A DNA stretch of 64,000 nucleotides, taken from contig NC_057758.1 of the NCBI RefSeq assembly GCF_004010195.1, positions 9,234,623 through 9,298,622 on the forward strand. The letters run 5' to 3'. Source of the DNA: Chiloscyllium plagiosum (Eukaryota). The notes beneath the pieces were generated by a model that was given only the letters and a program-made list of their open reading frames with translations, was not told where the DNA came from and did no database searches. A program made the translations under genes and the position numbers. Positions 23,245 to 34,344 of this stretch are shown here, piece after piece (within the stretch, counting starts at the first letter, position 1; the number at the start of each line of letters is the position of its first letter).

Positions 23245-24500
23245 CTCGTCTGCAGTATGGAAAACAGCAAATGTGACACCACTGTTTAAAAAGGGAAGTA
23301 GACAAAAGACGGGAATTTATAGACTAGTTTGCTAACTCTTTGTAGAGGGAAAGATGCTTGAGTCTATTGTCAAGGAACTGGGTAGAAATGTTCCCGTTGG
23401 ACAGTCGCAGCGTGAGTTCATGAAGGTCAGGGCATGCTTGACAAATCATTTCGAATTCTTTGAAAACATTTCGCGCAAGGTGGACAAATGGGACCCAGTG
23501 GATGTGGTGTACTAAGATTTCCAAAAAGCCTTTGACGGGGTGCCACCCAAGAGGCTGCTGCATAAGATAAGGATGAGTGATGTTGTATTCGCATGGATAG
23601 AGGATCGTTTGACTGACAGGAAGGAAAGAGTGAAGATCAATGAGTGCTATCCTGATTAGCTATCAGTGACTAGCGTTGAGCTCCAGGGATCGGTGTGAGG
23701 AACACAATCATTTACAATGTACACAGATAATTTGGTGTAGGGGACCACGTGTGACAAAGTTTGCAGATGACACTAAGATGAGTGGCAGAGCAAAATGCGT
23801 AGAGGACTGTGAAAGTTTGCAGAGGAACATAGATACGTTTGATCAGTGGGCAGATGCCTGGCAGATGGCATGCGATGTCAATAAATGTGAAGTCATCCTG
23901 TTTGGTGGGAGTGACAGAAATAAAGATACAGCTATGCAGGGGCAACCGGGTATCCTTGTGCATGAACCAGACAAAGTTGGTCTGCAGGTGCAAATTGACG
24001 AGGTAATGGCCTCGTGGCATTATTGCTGGGTTGTTAATCCAAAGACCTTGATAAAGTTCTGCTGAGCAGTTTCTAATCCCACCATAGCAGATAGTAGAGT
24101 TTGAATTCAACAAAACCCTGCAATTAAGATGATCATGAATCCATTGTCGATTGTTGCAAAAACCCACCAAGATCACTAATGTCCTTAGGGAAGGAAAATG
24201 CCACCCTCGTCTGGTCTGGCCGACATGTGGCTCGGCAGCCTAACCAGCGTGATCCTGTGATTGACTTAGAAACAACAAAAAATTAGGAAGGCCAATGGAA
24301 TTTTGTCTTACATTGTTAAATGGATTGAGTTTAAAAGCAGAGAGATATTTTTGCAGCTGTTCAATGTGCAGATTATTACTTGAGAAAGAATGTACTGGCA
24401 CTGGATGGGATGCAGAGGATGTTCACTCGCTTGATTTCAGAGTTGAGGGGGTTGGTTTATGAGGAGAGACTGCGTAGATTGGTATTATACTAATTGGAGG
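23245..24500 (+). mobile_element. CR1 LINE RT fragment interrupted by a SINE
   Basis: ANVTPLFKKG, DFQKAFD, TKFADDTK, CESLQRNID motifs. Confidence 0.85.
23996..24268 (+). mobile_element. Second tRNA-derived SINE family (not HE1), decayed
   Basis: Head ggtaatggcctcgtggcattattgctggg...ctaatcccacca, body ccattgtcgattgttgcaaaaaccca..cactaatgtccttagggaaggaaa; interrupts CR1 between gtgcaa and caa..aattaggaagg. Confidence 0.6.
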
Positions 24501-24921
24501 AGGAGTGTTGAAGCACTGAAACTAACTTTAACACTCCTCCTCCAATTAATATAGAAATATTGACAAAGGAACGATGTGACGTGTTGAAGGATCAGGTAAT
24601 GGGAAACTCAGTGATTTTGTTTTGTGGGCAGAATGTTTGCCATCAACCAGTCTACGCTACATTTCCGCAAGATCGAAGACACCAAATTGAGAGCAAGAAT
24701 ATAGAAAACTATACTGAGCTCAGGACTGGTAAATTATTCCACAATCTGAAGCTCTGCCCCCTCGTCCGAGCCATCAGCATTCCAGGAAATAGGCTCCCAC
24801 TATCGACCGGATCTAATGCTCTGGTTATCTTATATGTCTGTATGAAGTCACCCCTCAACTTTCTTCTTTCTGACGAAAACAGCCTCAAGTCCCACAAGCA
24901 TTACTCGTAAGACTACCTTCC

Positions 24922-25251
24922 TTGAACTTGGACTTCACCAGTTTCTTCATCCCCCCTCCCCCCACCTTGTCTCAGCCGGATCCTTCCAGCCCGGCACCGC
25001 CTTCCTGACCTGCAGTCTTCTTCTTGACCTCTCCGCCTCCACCCTACTCCGACCTATCACCCTCACCTTGACCTCTTTCCACCTATCACATTTCCAACTC
25101 CCCTCCTCCAAGTCCCTCCTCCCTACCTTTTATCTTCTCCTGCTGAACACTCTCTGCTCATTCCTGAAGAAGGGCCTGTGCCCGAAACGTCGAATCTCCT
25201 GTTCCCTGGATGCTGCCTGACCTGCTGTGCTGTTCCAGCAATAAAGTTTCA
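24922..25251 (+). mobile_element. 5'-truncated Penelope-like pLTR insertion
   Basis: 10-bp TSD ACTACCTTCC at 24912-24921 and 25252-25261; pyrimidine-rich 3' UTR similar to 37590-37830. Confidence 0.85.
25164..25191 (+). ncRNA. Minimal hammerhead ribozyme motif, best-preserved copy
   Basis: AUUC-CUGAAGA-A-GGGC(CUGU)GCCC-GAAA-CGUC-GAAU, with stem I AUUC/GAAU fully paired. Confidence 0.72.
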
Positions 25252-25478
25252 ACTACCTTCCATACCACGCAACATTCTCATAAATCTCCTCTGAACCCAT
25301 TCCAAAGATTGCAATACCTTCCTATAATGTGGTTATCCGAACTGCATGCAATATTCTAAAAGCGAATTTTATTGTAGGCACCAATGCTATTTCTGCCAAT
25401 CTTCTCATTTACGAACCTTTCTGTTCATTCACTTGAATTAACTTCAGTTTGGAAGTCAGTTCTTAAGTTCCATGTGCA

Positions 25479-25978
25479 NNNNNNNNNNNNNNNNNNNNNN
25501 NNNNNNNNNNNNNNNNNNNNNNNNNNNNNNNNNNNNNNNNNNNNNNNNNNNNNNNNNNNNNNNNNNNNNNNNNNNNNNNNNNNNNNNNNNNNNNNNNNNN
25601 NNNNNNNNNNNNNNNNNNNNNNNNNNNNNNNNNNNNNNNNNNNNNNNNNNNNNNNNNNNNNNNNNNNNNNNNNNNNNNNNNNNNNNNNNNNNNNNNNNNN
25701 NNNNNNNNNNNNNNNNNNNNNNNNNNNNNNNNNNNNNNNNNNNNNNNNNNNNNNNNNNNNNNNNNNNNNNNNNNNNNNNNNNNNNNNNNNNNNNNNNNNN
25801 NNNNNNNNNNNNNNNNNNNNNNNNNNNNNNNNNNNNNNNNNNNNNNNNNNNNNNNNNNNNNNNNNNNNNNNNNNNNNNNNNNNNNNNNNNNNNNNNNNNN
25901 NNNNNNNNNNNNNNNNNNNNNNNNNNNNNNNNNNNNNNNNNNNNNNNNNNNNNNNNNNNNNNNNNNNNNNNNNNNNNN
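25479..25978. other. Assembly gap (500 N); other gaps at 16672-16876 and 19806-19919
   Basis: Runs of N. Confidence 0.99.
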
Positions 25979-26700
25979 TCCTTTTCCCTCCATCTGACTG
26001 TATCTCTCCCTTACTTACCCCCTCCCTCCGTTTCCCTCTTTCTGACTCTTTTGCTCCCTACCTTTTTCTCGACATATCTGACTCTCCCTTTGTCTGACTC
26101 CCTCTCTCTAGCTCTCTCTGCCCCCACCCTCCGTCCCTCCATTTTCTTCTGTCTGAATATCTGTCTCTCTCCCGCTCTCCCTTCCTCTATATCTGACACA
26201 CTCTCTCTGTTGCTCGATCTTCCTTCTCGTTCTGAACCAGAGACCGGAGGAAGTTGGAGAAGTTGCGGGGTTTCGGGTGTGATGGGTGGTGTAGATGACA
26301 GGGAGATGAGGGAGCATGGGAAGAGAGAGCAAGTAGGGTTGAGATAGAAAGGAGGGAGAGAGAGAGGCAGCAGGAGAGTGAGAGAGAAATGGATGGAGAG
26401 AGAAGATTGAGGCAGTTGGAGTGACGGTGTGAGAGATAGTGAGACAGAGGAAGGGAACATAGAGGGTGAACGGGAGAGGAGGAGAATGCGTGGAGTGAGA
26501 GAGGGAGAGAAATTAGGAGAAAGAGAGGAGGAGAGAAAATGGTGAGAGAGTTCAAGGGGGGGCAAAGAGGGAAGACGGAGAGCGCGGGATGGAGGATGAG
26601 AGAGAGATGGATGCAGTTGAGTGAAGATGGGGGGAATGGGAGAGACAGATGAATTCTGCTGAATGCTAAAACGGAGTGGGGGATCCAGAGGTGAAAGCAT
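25979..26700. repeat. Low-complexity CT-rich then GA-rich tract
   Basis: Pyrimidine-rich to ~26235, purine-rich afterwards. Confidence 0.8.
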
Positions 26701-27009
26701 GGACAGAGGGACTTCAACCCAACTCCTGAGCTGAGGCCCGTCCCCTTCCCTTTCCTGAAGACCAGGACTTGGGGCTGAATCTGTTCTTTCCTCGGCTCAT
26801 GTTCTTCAACCAAAGACAAACAACAACATCGTTCACTCTGCTGCTCGGAACTTCTGAAAGAAATAGTTTATTGTTTACAACATGAAGTGATCGATACAGG
26901 ATGTGGGATTGTGCCTTTTCTCACTGGCCCCTGAGTTGACAGGAACATTGAAATGTGTCCCTGTAACTCTCGTTAAGGTTGCAAAAACCAGCATTACCCT
27001 TTGTTTGTT

Positions 27010-29226
27010 ACCACAATCTGGTATTGCTTACCTTAGCGATGGAAAGGTATGGATATATATGTCATGGCAAGAGTTATAGCTGGGGAAAGGCAATTATAAT
27101 GCGATTATGGAAGGTTTAGAATGCATACGATGGAGAAGGAAACTGCAGGGATTGGGCACAAGTAAAATGCTGAGCTTATTCAAGGAACAGCTACTGCGTG
27201 TCTTTGACAAATATGTTACTGTATGTACCAGTGAGGGAGGACGTTGTCGAGCGTGGGAGCCGTGGTTTACTAATGAAGTTGAAACGCTTGTCAGGAAGAA
27301 GAAGGAGACTTACGTAAGGAGGCTCAGTTACGGCACTTGAGAGTTACACGTTTGCCAGGAAAAACCTAAAGAGAGAGGTAAGAAGAGCCAAGTGAGGACA
27401 TGAGATGTCGTTGGCAGGTGGGGTCAAGGCAAACCCGAAAGCTTTCTATAGATATGTCAGTCGTAAAAGAATGACTAGTGTCAGATTAGGACCAATCAAG
27501 GACAAGTTGACCTCGGCGTCAGCGGATATAGTAGAAGCACTAATGAATATTTTTCGTTAATGTTTACATTGGAAAGAGACAATGTTGTTAAGCAGGGTAC
27601 TGAGATACAAGCTATTAAACTAGTCGGGACTGTGGTTCACAAGGAGGAGGCGTTAGCAATTCTGTAAAGTTTGAAAATAGACAAGTCCCCAGGGCTGAAT
27701 AGGATTATTCTAGGATTCTCTGAGAAGCCAGGGAGGGGATTGCAGAGATCTGGGCTTTGATATTTATGTCGCTATAGACTACAGGAATAGAACCAGTGGA
27801 CTGGAGGTTAGCCTATGCTGTCCGCTTTTTTAATATGGGACTAGAGACACCCTTGGTAATTATAGACCATTGAGCCTTACTTTGGTTGTGGGTAAAATGT
27901 TGGAAAGGGGTATGAGAGATAAGATTTATAATCATCTGGAAAAGAATAATTTGATTAGAGCAAGTCAACATGGTTTTGTGAATGGTGAGTCGTGCCTCAC
28001 AAACCTTTTTTGGGAAGGTGGCCAAACAGTTGGGTGATGGCAAAGCTGTTGATGGGGTGTATGTGGATTTCAGCAAGGTGCTTGTGAAGATTCCTCACGG
28101 TAGTCCATTGCAGAAAATACAGAGGTATGGAGTTGAGGGTGATTTGACCGTTTGGATTAGAAATTGGCCAGCTGAAAGAAGACAGAGGGTGGTGATTGAT
28201 GGAAAATGCTCATCCTGAAGTTCAATTACTAACGGTGTACCCCAAGGATCTTTTATTGGGTCACTGCTGTTTTGTCATTTTTATAAATATTGATTGAAGT
28301 TACAGAAGGATGGGTTAGTAAATTTGCAGATGACTTTACCGTCGGTGGAGTTGTGGATAGTGCTGAAGGATATTGTATGTTACAGAGGGACATAGATAAA
28401 CTGCAGAGCTGGGCTGAGAGGAGGCAAATGGCGTTTAATGCGGAAAAAATGTGAGGTGATTCATTTTGCACAAAGCAACAGGAATACAGAGTGCTGGGCT
28501 CATGGTAAGACTCCTGGTAGTTTGGATGAGCACAGAGATCGTGGTGTCAGTGTACATAAATCCCTGAAATTTGCCACCCAGATTGATAGGGTTATTAAGG
28601 AGGCGCACAGTGTGTTACCTTTTATTGGTAGAGCGATTGAGTTTCGGAGCCATGAGGTCATGCTGAAGCTGTACAAAGCTCTGGTGCAGCTGCAATTGGA
28701 GTATTGGACAGAGTTCTGGTTGCTGCATTATAGGAAGGATGTGGAAGCTTCAGAAAGGGACAGAGGAGATTTACGAGGATGTTGCCTGGTACGGAAGGAA
28801 GGTCTTAGGAGGAAAGGCTGAGGGCATTGGGGCTGGTTTCGTGAGAGAGAAGAAGATGAGAGGTGACTTAATACATACATATCAGACGATAAGAGGATTC
28901 GATAGAGTGGACACTGAGAGCTTTTTTTCCTCGGATGGTGATGAGATAGCACGGGGGGACACAGCTTTAAATTGATGGGAGATAGACATTGATGTAGGGC
29001 AGATGTGAGGTATTTTCTTTATTCAGAGAGTAGTAGAGGCGTGGAACGCCGTGCTTGCAGCAAGAGTGGAATCACCACCTTTTAGGGCATTTAAATGGTC
29101 ATTGGATAAACATATGGATGGAAATGGAATAATGTGGGTTGGATGGGCTTCAGATTGGTTTCACAGGTCGGTGCAGTATCGAGGGCCGAAGGGCCTGTCC
29201 TACACTGCAGTGTTCGATGTACTATC
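27010..29226 (+). mobile_element. CR1 LINE, ~2.2 kb 5'-truncated copy, decayed
   Basis: EPWFTNEVETLVRKKK, VKANPKAFYRY, GNYRPLSLT, VYVDFSKV, GVPQGS, SKFADD, C-terminal motifs and 3' UTR ...gagggccgaagggcctgtcc. Confidence 0.92.
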
Positions 29227-29308
29227 GTGACAGGCTGCTTCATTGCTGAAATACTGAACTGAAATGAGAAAATCCAGGATGAATTGATTAATGAGTGAAT
29301 TACTTTGA

Positions 29309-30195
29309 TTAATGAATTTCGGTAACTGGATATTTCAGCAAATTCTTCAGCTGCTGCCTGAACTTAGTCTGGGTCACGGCATAAATTGCGGTATTTGTGC
29401 AGCAACTGAGGAGCTGCAGCATGAAGCCCAATTCCTGCACAAACCAACCTAGAAACACAGACCTATACCCAATACGATACATCCGGTACCATATAGAAAA
29501 CACCATTAACGTTGACCATAACAGGATGAAATTGGCCGAGATCACAAACAGTAAAATGATGGATTTTTTTCGGTTTCTCATTTCAGTGTCAGACTGAGCG
29601 TCCACATTGGTGTGAGCGCGGAGTCTCCTGCGGGCTCTGCTGGTCACTACAATGTGTCTGACGGTGAGAACATTGAGCAGCAGAATCAGGAGAAATGGGA
29701 CACACGGGGTTAGAATGTGGTGGAGGAACTCGATTGTGACCCAGACAAGAGAAGAATGAACACCGTCTGTCCCATGACAAAACCAGGGGGCGTGCAGCAA
29801 TCCGTACTTAGCTGAGAGCATAAAATACCAGGAAATGTTCTTTAAACAGCTCAGCACAGTCACTGCTCCCAGAACCACAGTCGCCGTTTTCTCACTGCAA
29901 TATTTACTTTTCAGCTTCTGGCAACAAATGGCCACAAACCGATCAAAGGTGAAAGTGACGGTGAACCAGACAGAGCAGTCAGTGGCTGCATAAAGCAGGA
30001 CGGCGTGGATATTACAAACTGGGATGGACTTTAGGAAATAAAGCTGCTCCCGATAAACAATGGGGATGTGTCTCAGGATCAGGTCGACGATAATGATAAG
30101 TAGATCTGCCATTGCCATGGCCCCCAGGTAACGTCTGACACATGGAGACAATCCACAATCTTTATAAAGCAGGACATAGATCGTCACGACATTAA
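29309..30195 (-). CDS. Class A (rhodopsin-like) GPCR, GPR139/GPR142-like ('probable GPR139' type paralogue); main coding exon from mid-TM1 to stop
   Basis: Uninterrupted ORF (track 29309-30220) with TM1 Asn (VNVVTI), TM2 AMADLL, Cys before TM3 (IPVC), TM3 TFDRFVAICC, ECL2 PWFC, TM5 TPCVPF, TM6 NFILLW, TM7 CCTNTAIY and helix 8 FRQQL. The ORF start MCLFSFLT is a polypyrimidine tract plus AG (ttgttttccttcctcacag|TTAAT), so the exon is taken to begin at 30195. From memory this intron position matches GPR139 genes. Not the true GPR139 orthologue (too divergent). Confidence 0.9.
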
Positions 30196-30218
30196 CTGTG
30201 AGGAAGGAAAACAAACAC
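30196..30218 (-). promoter_or_regulatory. 3' splice acceptor (polypyrimidine tract + cag) of the GPCR coding exon
   Basis: Minus strand reads gtgtttgttttccttcctcacag|TT AAT GTC. A phase-1 junction restores the V-N of TM1. Confidence 0.75.
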
Positions 30219-30734
30219 ATTATACGTCAGGCTGGATGACCCAGTGAGATTTTAAATGTGTCACTGTATTCAGAGATGTACTGAAATAACTGGAGCTGAA
30301 ATAACAAATGGGGAGGTCTGTATTAATGACAAAATTGCATCATAAATCACAAGAAACCCTCCCTCTGCAAACACACCGGAACTCATCCATAAGAACAGAT
30401 GGTTTCTAGAACATTCCCAACCCCCGATCACTCAACAGCAGACGCAGATCACTGCGTTCCATTTCCTAATACGGAGGGTGAACACATTGTCATCCAGAAA
30501 GATTCGCTCCCAATTCCTTGAAGGCAAACGGAGAGTGGAAATTTCTGTCTTTTAGTCTCAGTTGTGGTTGATCTTCTGTCGAGAAGAAATGTAAACGCAG
30601 GGAAACCGTATTCATCCCTTTAACTGCCTGAGGGGACTTCGGAGCAGTGTCTCCTTCAACCTGCAAGGCGATTTCTTCCCTTGGGAATCTTATCTTTTGT
30701 TCAATTCAATGACATCCCGCCACTCACAAATAAT

Positions 30735-31189
30735 TTCAGTTATAGAATGCTCCAGAGAATGCCTGTTCTCGGGCGTTCTCGGGAGTTTTGGGCATATAAT
30801 GCTCCGGAGAATGTCAGTTATACAATGTTCCAGGTAAGATCGGTGAGAGAATATTCCAGGAAAATAATGATCCGGGGAGTGTCGGGCACAGAATGTTCCG
30901 GGGAATGTCGAGTATAGAAGATTCCGGATAATGTCTGTTATAGAATGTTCCAGAGAATTTCAGGTGTAGAATATTTCAGGGAATGTTGGATACAGAATGA
31001 TACACCGAATGTCAGTTATAGATTGTTCAAGTTAATGTTGCTTACAGAATGTTCCAGAGAATGCCGGGTGTAGAATGTTCTGGGGAAAGAGGGTTATAGA
31101 ATGTTCCAGGGAGTGTCAGGTGTGATATGTTCTGGGGAATGTCCTGTATAGAGTGTTCTGAGGAACGTTAGCCATAGAATGTTCTGGGA
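30735..31189 (+). repeat. 26-bp minisatellite (consensus TATAGAATGTTCCAGGGAATGTCAGT), ~17 diverged copies, in the inferred GPCR intron
   Basis: Consecutive 26-mers such as tatagaatgttccagagaatttcagg / tgtagaatatttcagggaatgttgga / tacagaatgatacaccgaatgtcagt. Confidence 0.9.
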
Positions 31190-31714
31190 TGGAGGCAGAA
31201 AGTCCCACATCACAAAGTCACTTCCGCCCATTGAGTTTGGTGAAACCCATCGAGCCTCACGGTGGGAATCTCACCATAAACTCAACTCAACTGGCACATT
31301 GCAACAAAAGCAATATGGTTAAGGCAATTTCTCAAACATTTGATGTAAGATCCTCTTTTCTGATCATACAAATGTCATCCCCTATTCCGACGTCTCCTCC
31401 ACATTCTTGAAAATTTTCTCCTTTGCTTTCAGATTCCAGCATCTGAAGTAATTTGCCTTTTTCCTCCACATTCTTTTCAGTTTTGTATAACATTCCCAGC
31501 TGTAAAATGTATTGGTTATTCAGTCCCCAATATCAGTCACTCTGTAACCATGTCTCTCAAATGCCATTAAATCATATTCATTTGCCTCACAGTATGGAGT
31601 GAATTCCTCAATCTGTTTTGAAAGTATCGCACACACTCCAAGAAGGTAACTTTTAAACAGCTTTTGAACCCATTGTTACCTATTGATTTGTTCCGTTTTT
31701 TCCTCATATTGACC

Positions 31715-32435
31715 TGATCAGGAAACAGTTTGAAACCGTCATACTCACAGAATCAAAATTGACTGTTAATGTTTCATGAATCCCTATGAACATCCCTGGG
31801 TATTCCCTGTTCCACCGGCAGGACAGACCCACCAGTAGTGGGGGCACAGTGCGGTACAGTCAGGAAAGGTGTTACCACAGAATTTCCCAACACTGCTTCC
31901 AAAACTCGGGACATCCCAAGTTAACAGGTCAGAGATGTTCGAGGAAATTGCTTGAAGATGGATATCTACTTTCCTCCACCTCTCCTCTCGGTGATAACTC
32001 AGTTCCCTCGGTGTTGAAAACAAATTGAAGGAAGCACTGAGGGTGACAAGAGCATAGAACGTCTTTTGGGTGTGGGACTTCAACGTCCATCACCAAGAGC
32101 GTCTACACATGCTCATCATTGACCGACCAGGATTAGGCCTCAAATACACAGCAGCCAGACTCTGGAAATTGATGGGGGAACGAACAATAGGGAAACAATC
32201 TCACCAAACTACTTGTTAGAGTTAGATCTGTCCCTAACAGTATCTGTAGGAGCAACCGACAGACAATTCTGGGGGAGGGAAACTCTCAGCCTCATATTGA
32301 AGATTCTCCCCAATGTGTGATGTCTCAATACCTCCTGCAAAGTAGGGTATACTTCCGAAGGACTGAAGAAATGGAAACTGGGCATCGATGAGGTACTGTG
32401 GGATATCTGCAACTGCAGCATCAATGGCATCCCTC
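31715..32435 (+). mobile_element. LINE AP-endonuclease fragment (L2/CR1 group, different from the dominant CR1)
   Basis: IPGYSLFHRQDRPTSSGGTV...EEALRVTRA.NVFWVWDFNVHHQE (GDFN-type motif). Confidence 0.7.
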
Positions 32436-33660
32436 AATCATAAAGTCAGCAATGGAAATTTCGTGGTAACACCTTTCCTGACTGTACCGCACTGTGCCCC
32501 CACTACTGGTGTGTCTGTCCTGCCGGTAGGACAGGGAATACCCAGGGATGTTGAATGGCAGTTCCAAAATGTTTAACTAAACTCACAACTACACCTGTAC
32601 TGAAGCAGGCCATTCAGCCCATCAAGTGTTTTAAACAGGAATAGTATGAGGCCATTCAGCCATTCGAGACTGTTACTCAGTAACTGGAGCAGATCTTTTG
32701 ACCTCTCTGGTCTGTTAGGAGGAATTTGAACGGAACATTCATCCTTTCAAAGCTGCGACAAAGGAATGGGGGGAGGATTGGTTACTGAACCGGGAACAGG
32801 AAAACATGTAAGAATAATTTCGGGATAAATTCGTCTCTATCATTTTAACAGAAATTAACGAGTGCAGTAACACAGTGACCAGTACTAGGATTTTTAATAT
32901 TTATATACTATGTCAACAGTTTAGATAAATGGCTCAAATGCTTTTTGAACCAAATTGTTCAATGACGTTGAGGTAGGCAGGAAACTGAGTGATCAAGATT
33001 AAGTAATGAATGTGTAAACGGTTAAGCATTTCACGGATGGAAAGAAAAAGGTGTCGGTAACTGTAACCCCGTGAAGTTTTCAGGAGGAATAAAAGACTGT
33101 ATATTACATGACTTAGTGATACAGTGTGTACTGGAGGGTTCACTCTAACCCATTCAGACATGGGTAATGCTGCTCCACCTCCCAGGGGATCTGCTCCCTG
33201 ATGTTCACAGTGGCCCCATTGCTCTCAGTACACGCAGGACATTTGATGTGGTTGGTTGGCGGTGGGAAGTGGTGAGGGTGAGGGTGTTTTGAACCGTTTA
33301 TCAAGGAACGGCCTTCTTCTGAGAGGACATTGTTTCTTTCTACGTGGAGACCTGAAGACGACGGAGTAGCTGACTGCTTCTGAATGAAGAGGCTGTGGTA
33401 CCGCCAGGACAGTGAGTATTCAGCAACATGGTGTACTGTGCATGGTCATACTGCAACATTAATGGAGAGAGACGGAGGGTCCAATCACAAGAATATGTCC
33501 ATAAAATAAAGGAATTGCCAGATCACTTGAAATGGTTAGTTAAATCACACTTTCAATCTGCCACAGACAAAAAAGCCCAGACCATAAACTCAGAGGAGAT
33601 AATGGTACAGCTCCAAGCTCTGCTCAGTCCAACCCACCAATCTTCCCAGGGTGGTAAACA

Positions 33661-33910
33661 GTGCAGACCACAGTAGTGCATTGATCTATAAACAGGGGCT
33701 AGATATCTGTCTATAAAGCATATCTAAATATCTGTGCAGCATGAGAAGTGCGCAGGACACCGCAGTGCATTGAGCTGTAAGTCTGGACTAGACATCTGTC
33801 CAGCACTGGGGACTATGCAAACCACAGAGGTGCATTGATCTATTAACCCAGGCTAGATACTTGTCCAGCACAGGCAACTGTGCAGCCCACAGCAGTACAC
33901 CTGTATCCAG
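33661..33910 (+). repeat. ~65-bp diverged tandem repeat, ~3.5 copies
   Basis: gtgcagaccacag.agtgcattga.ct.taa...ggctaga.atctgtccagca recurs. Confidence 0.7.
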
Positions 33911-34344
33911 GCCACGCGGAGTGAAGCTCTTTTGAAGAGGTAGAGATGCATTTCATGACATGTTCTCGAACTTTCAATGGTTTTTTAACATATTGTTCCG
34001 AATAAGAGTAAGCATGGATTGTAAAGACCTTAAACTAACCCAATGGCAGCGTTCGGGCCACCAATAGGGATGTTCATCTCCTTCTTTATTATCTCAGGGA
34101 CAACATTGCAAGTAACCAGACAAAACTGCTCTGAGTCTCCAAAGTCATTCGTTGAAAAAGGAAACAGGGTGAAAGTTCCTAAGGAAGGCGGCAGAGTCAG
34201 AATGCTCCAACTGAGGCTCCTCTGCTAATTTCTCTTGTCTGGAGAGGTCTTTTTCTCAAAACTTTTAAATGTTCTACTTACTCAGAGGGGAGTGGAGAAG
34301 GCGAGTCCTGGACCAGAGGCTGGCGTGAGGAGGTGTGGCCTCGA

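Larger units (their letters stand above)
24695..25380 (-). mobile_element. CR1 LINE 3' fragment interrupted by a Penelope pLTR
   Basis: Minus ORF LRLFSSERRKLRGDFIQTYKI. Confidence 0.75.

Noticed and set aside
25384..26819. ORFs of 176-291 aa
   Set aside because: They run through N gaps or CT/GA low-complexity sequence.
30196..30220. ATG at 30220 as the true GPCR start
   Set aside because: It would leave no extracellular N-terminus, and the encoded residues coincide with a splice-acceptor tract. Kept only as an alternative hypothesis.
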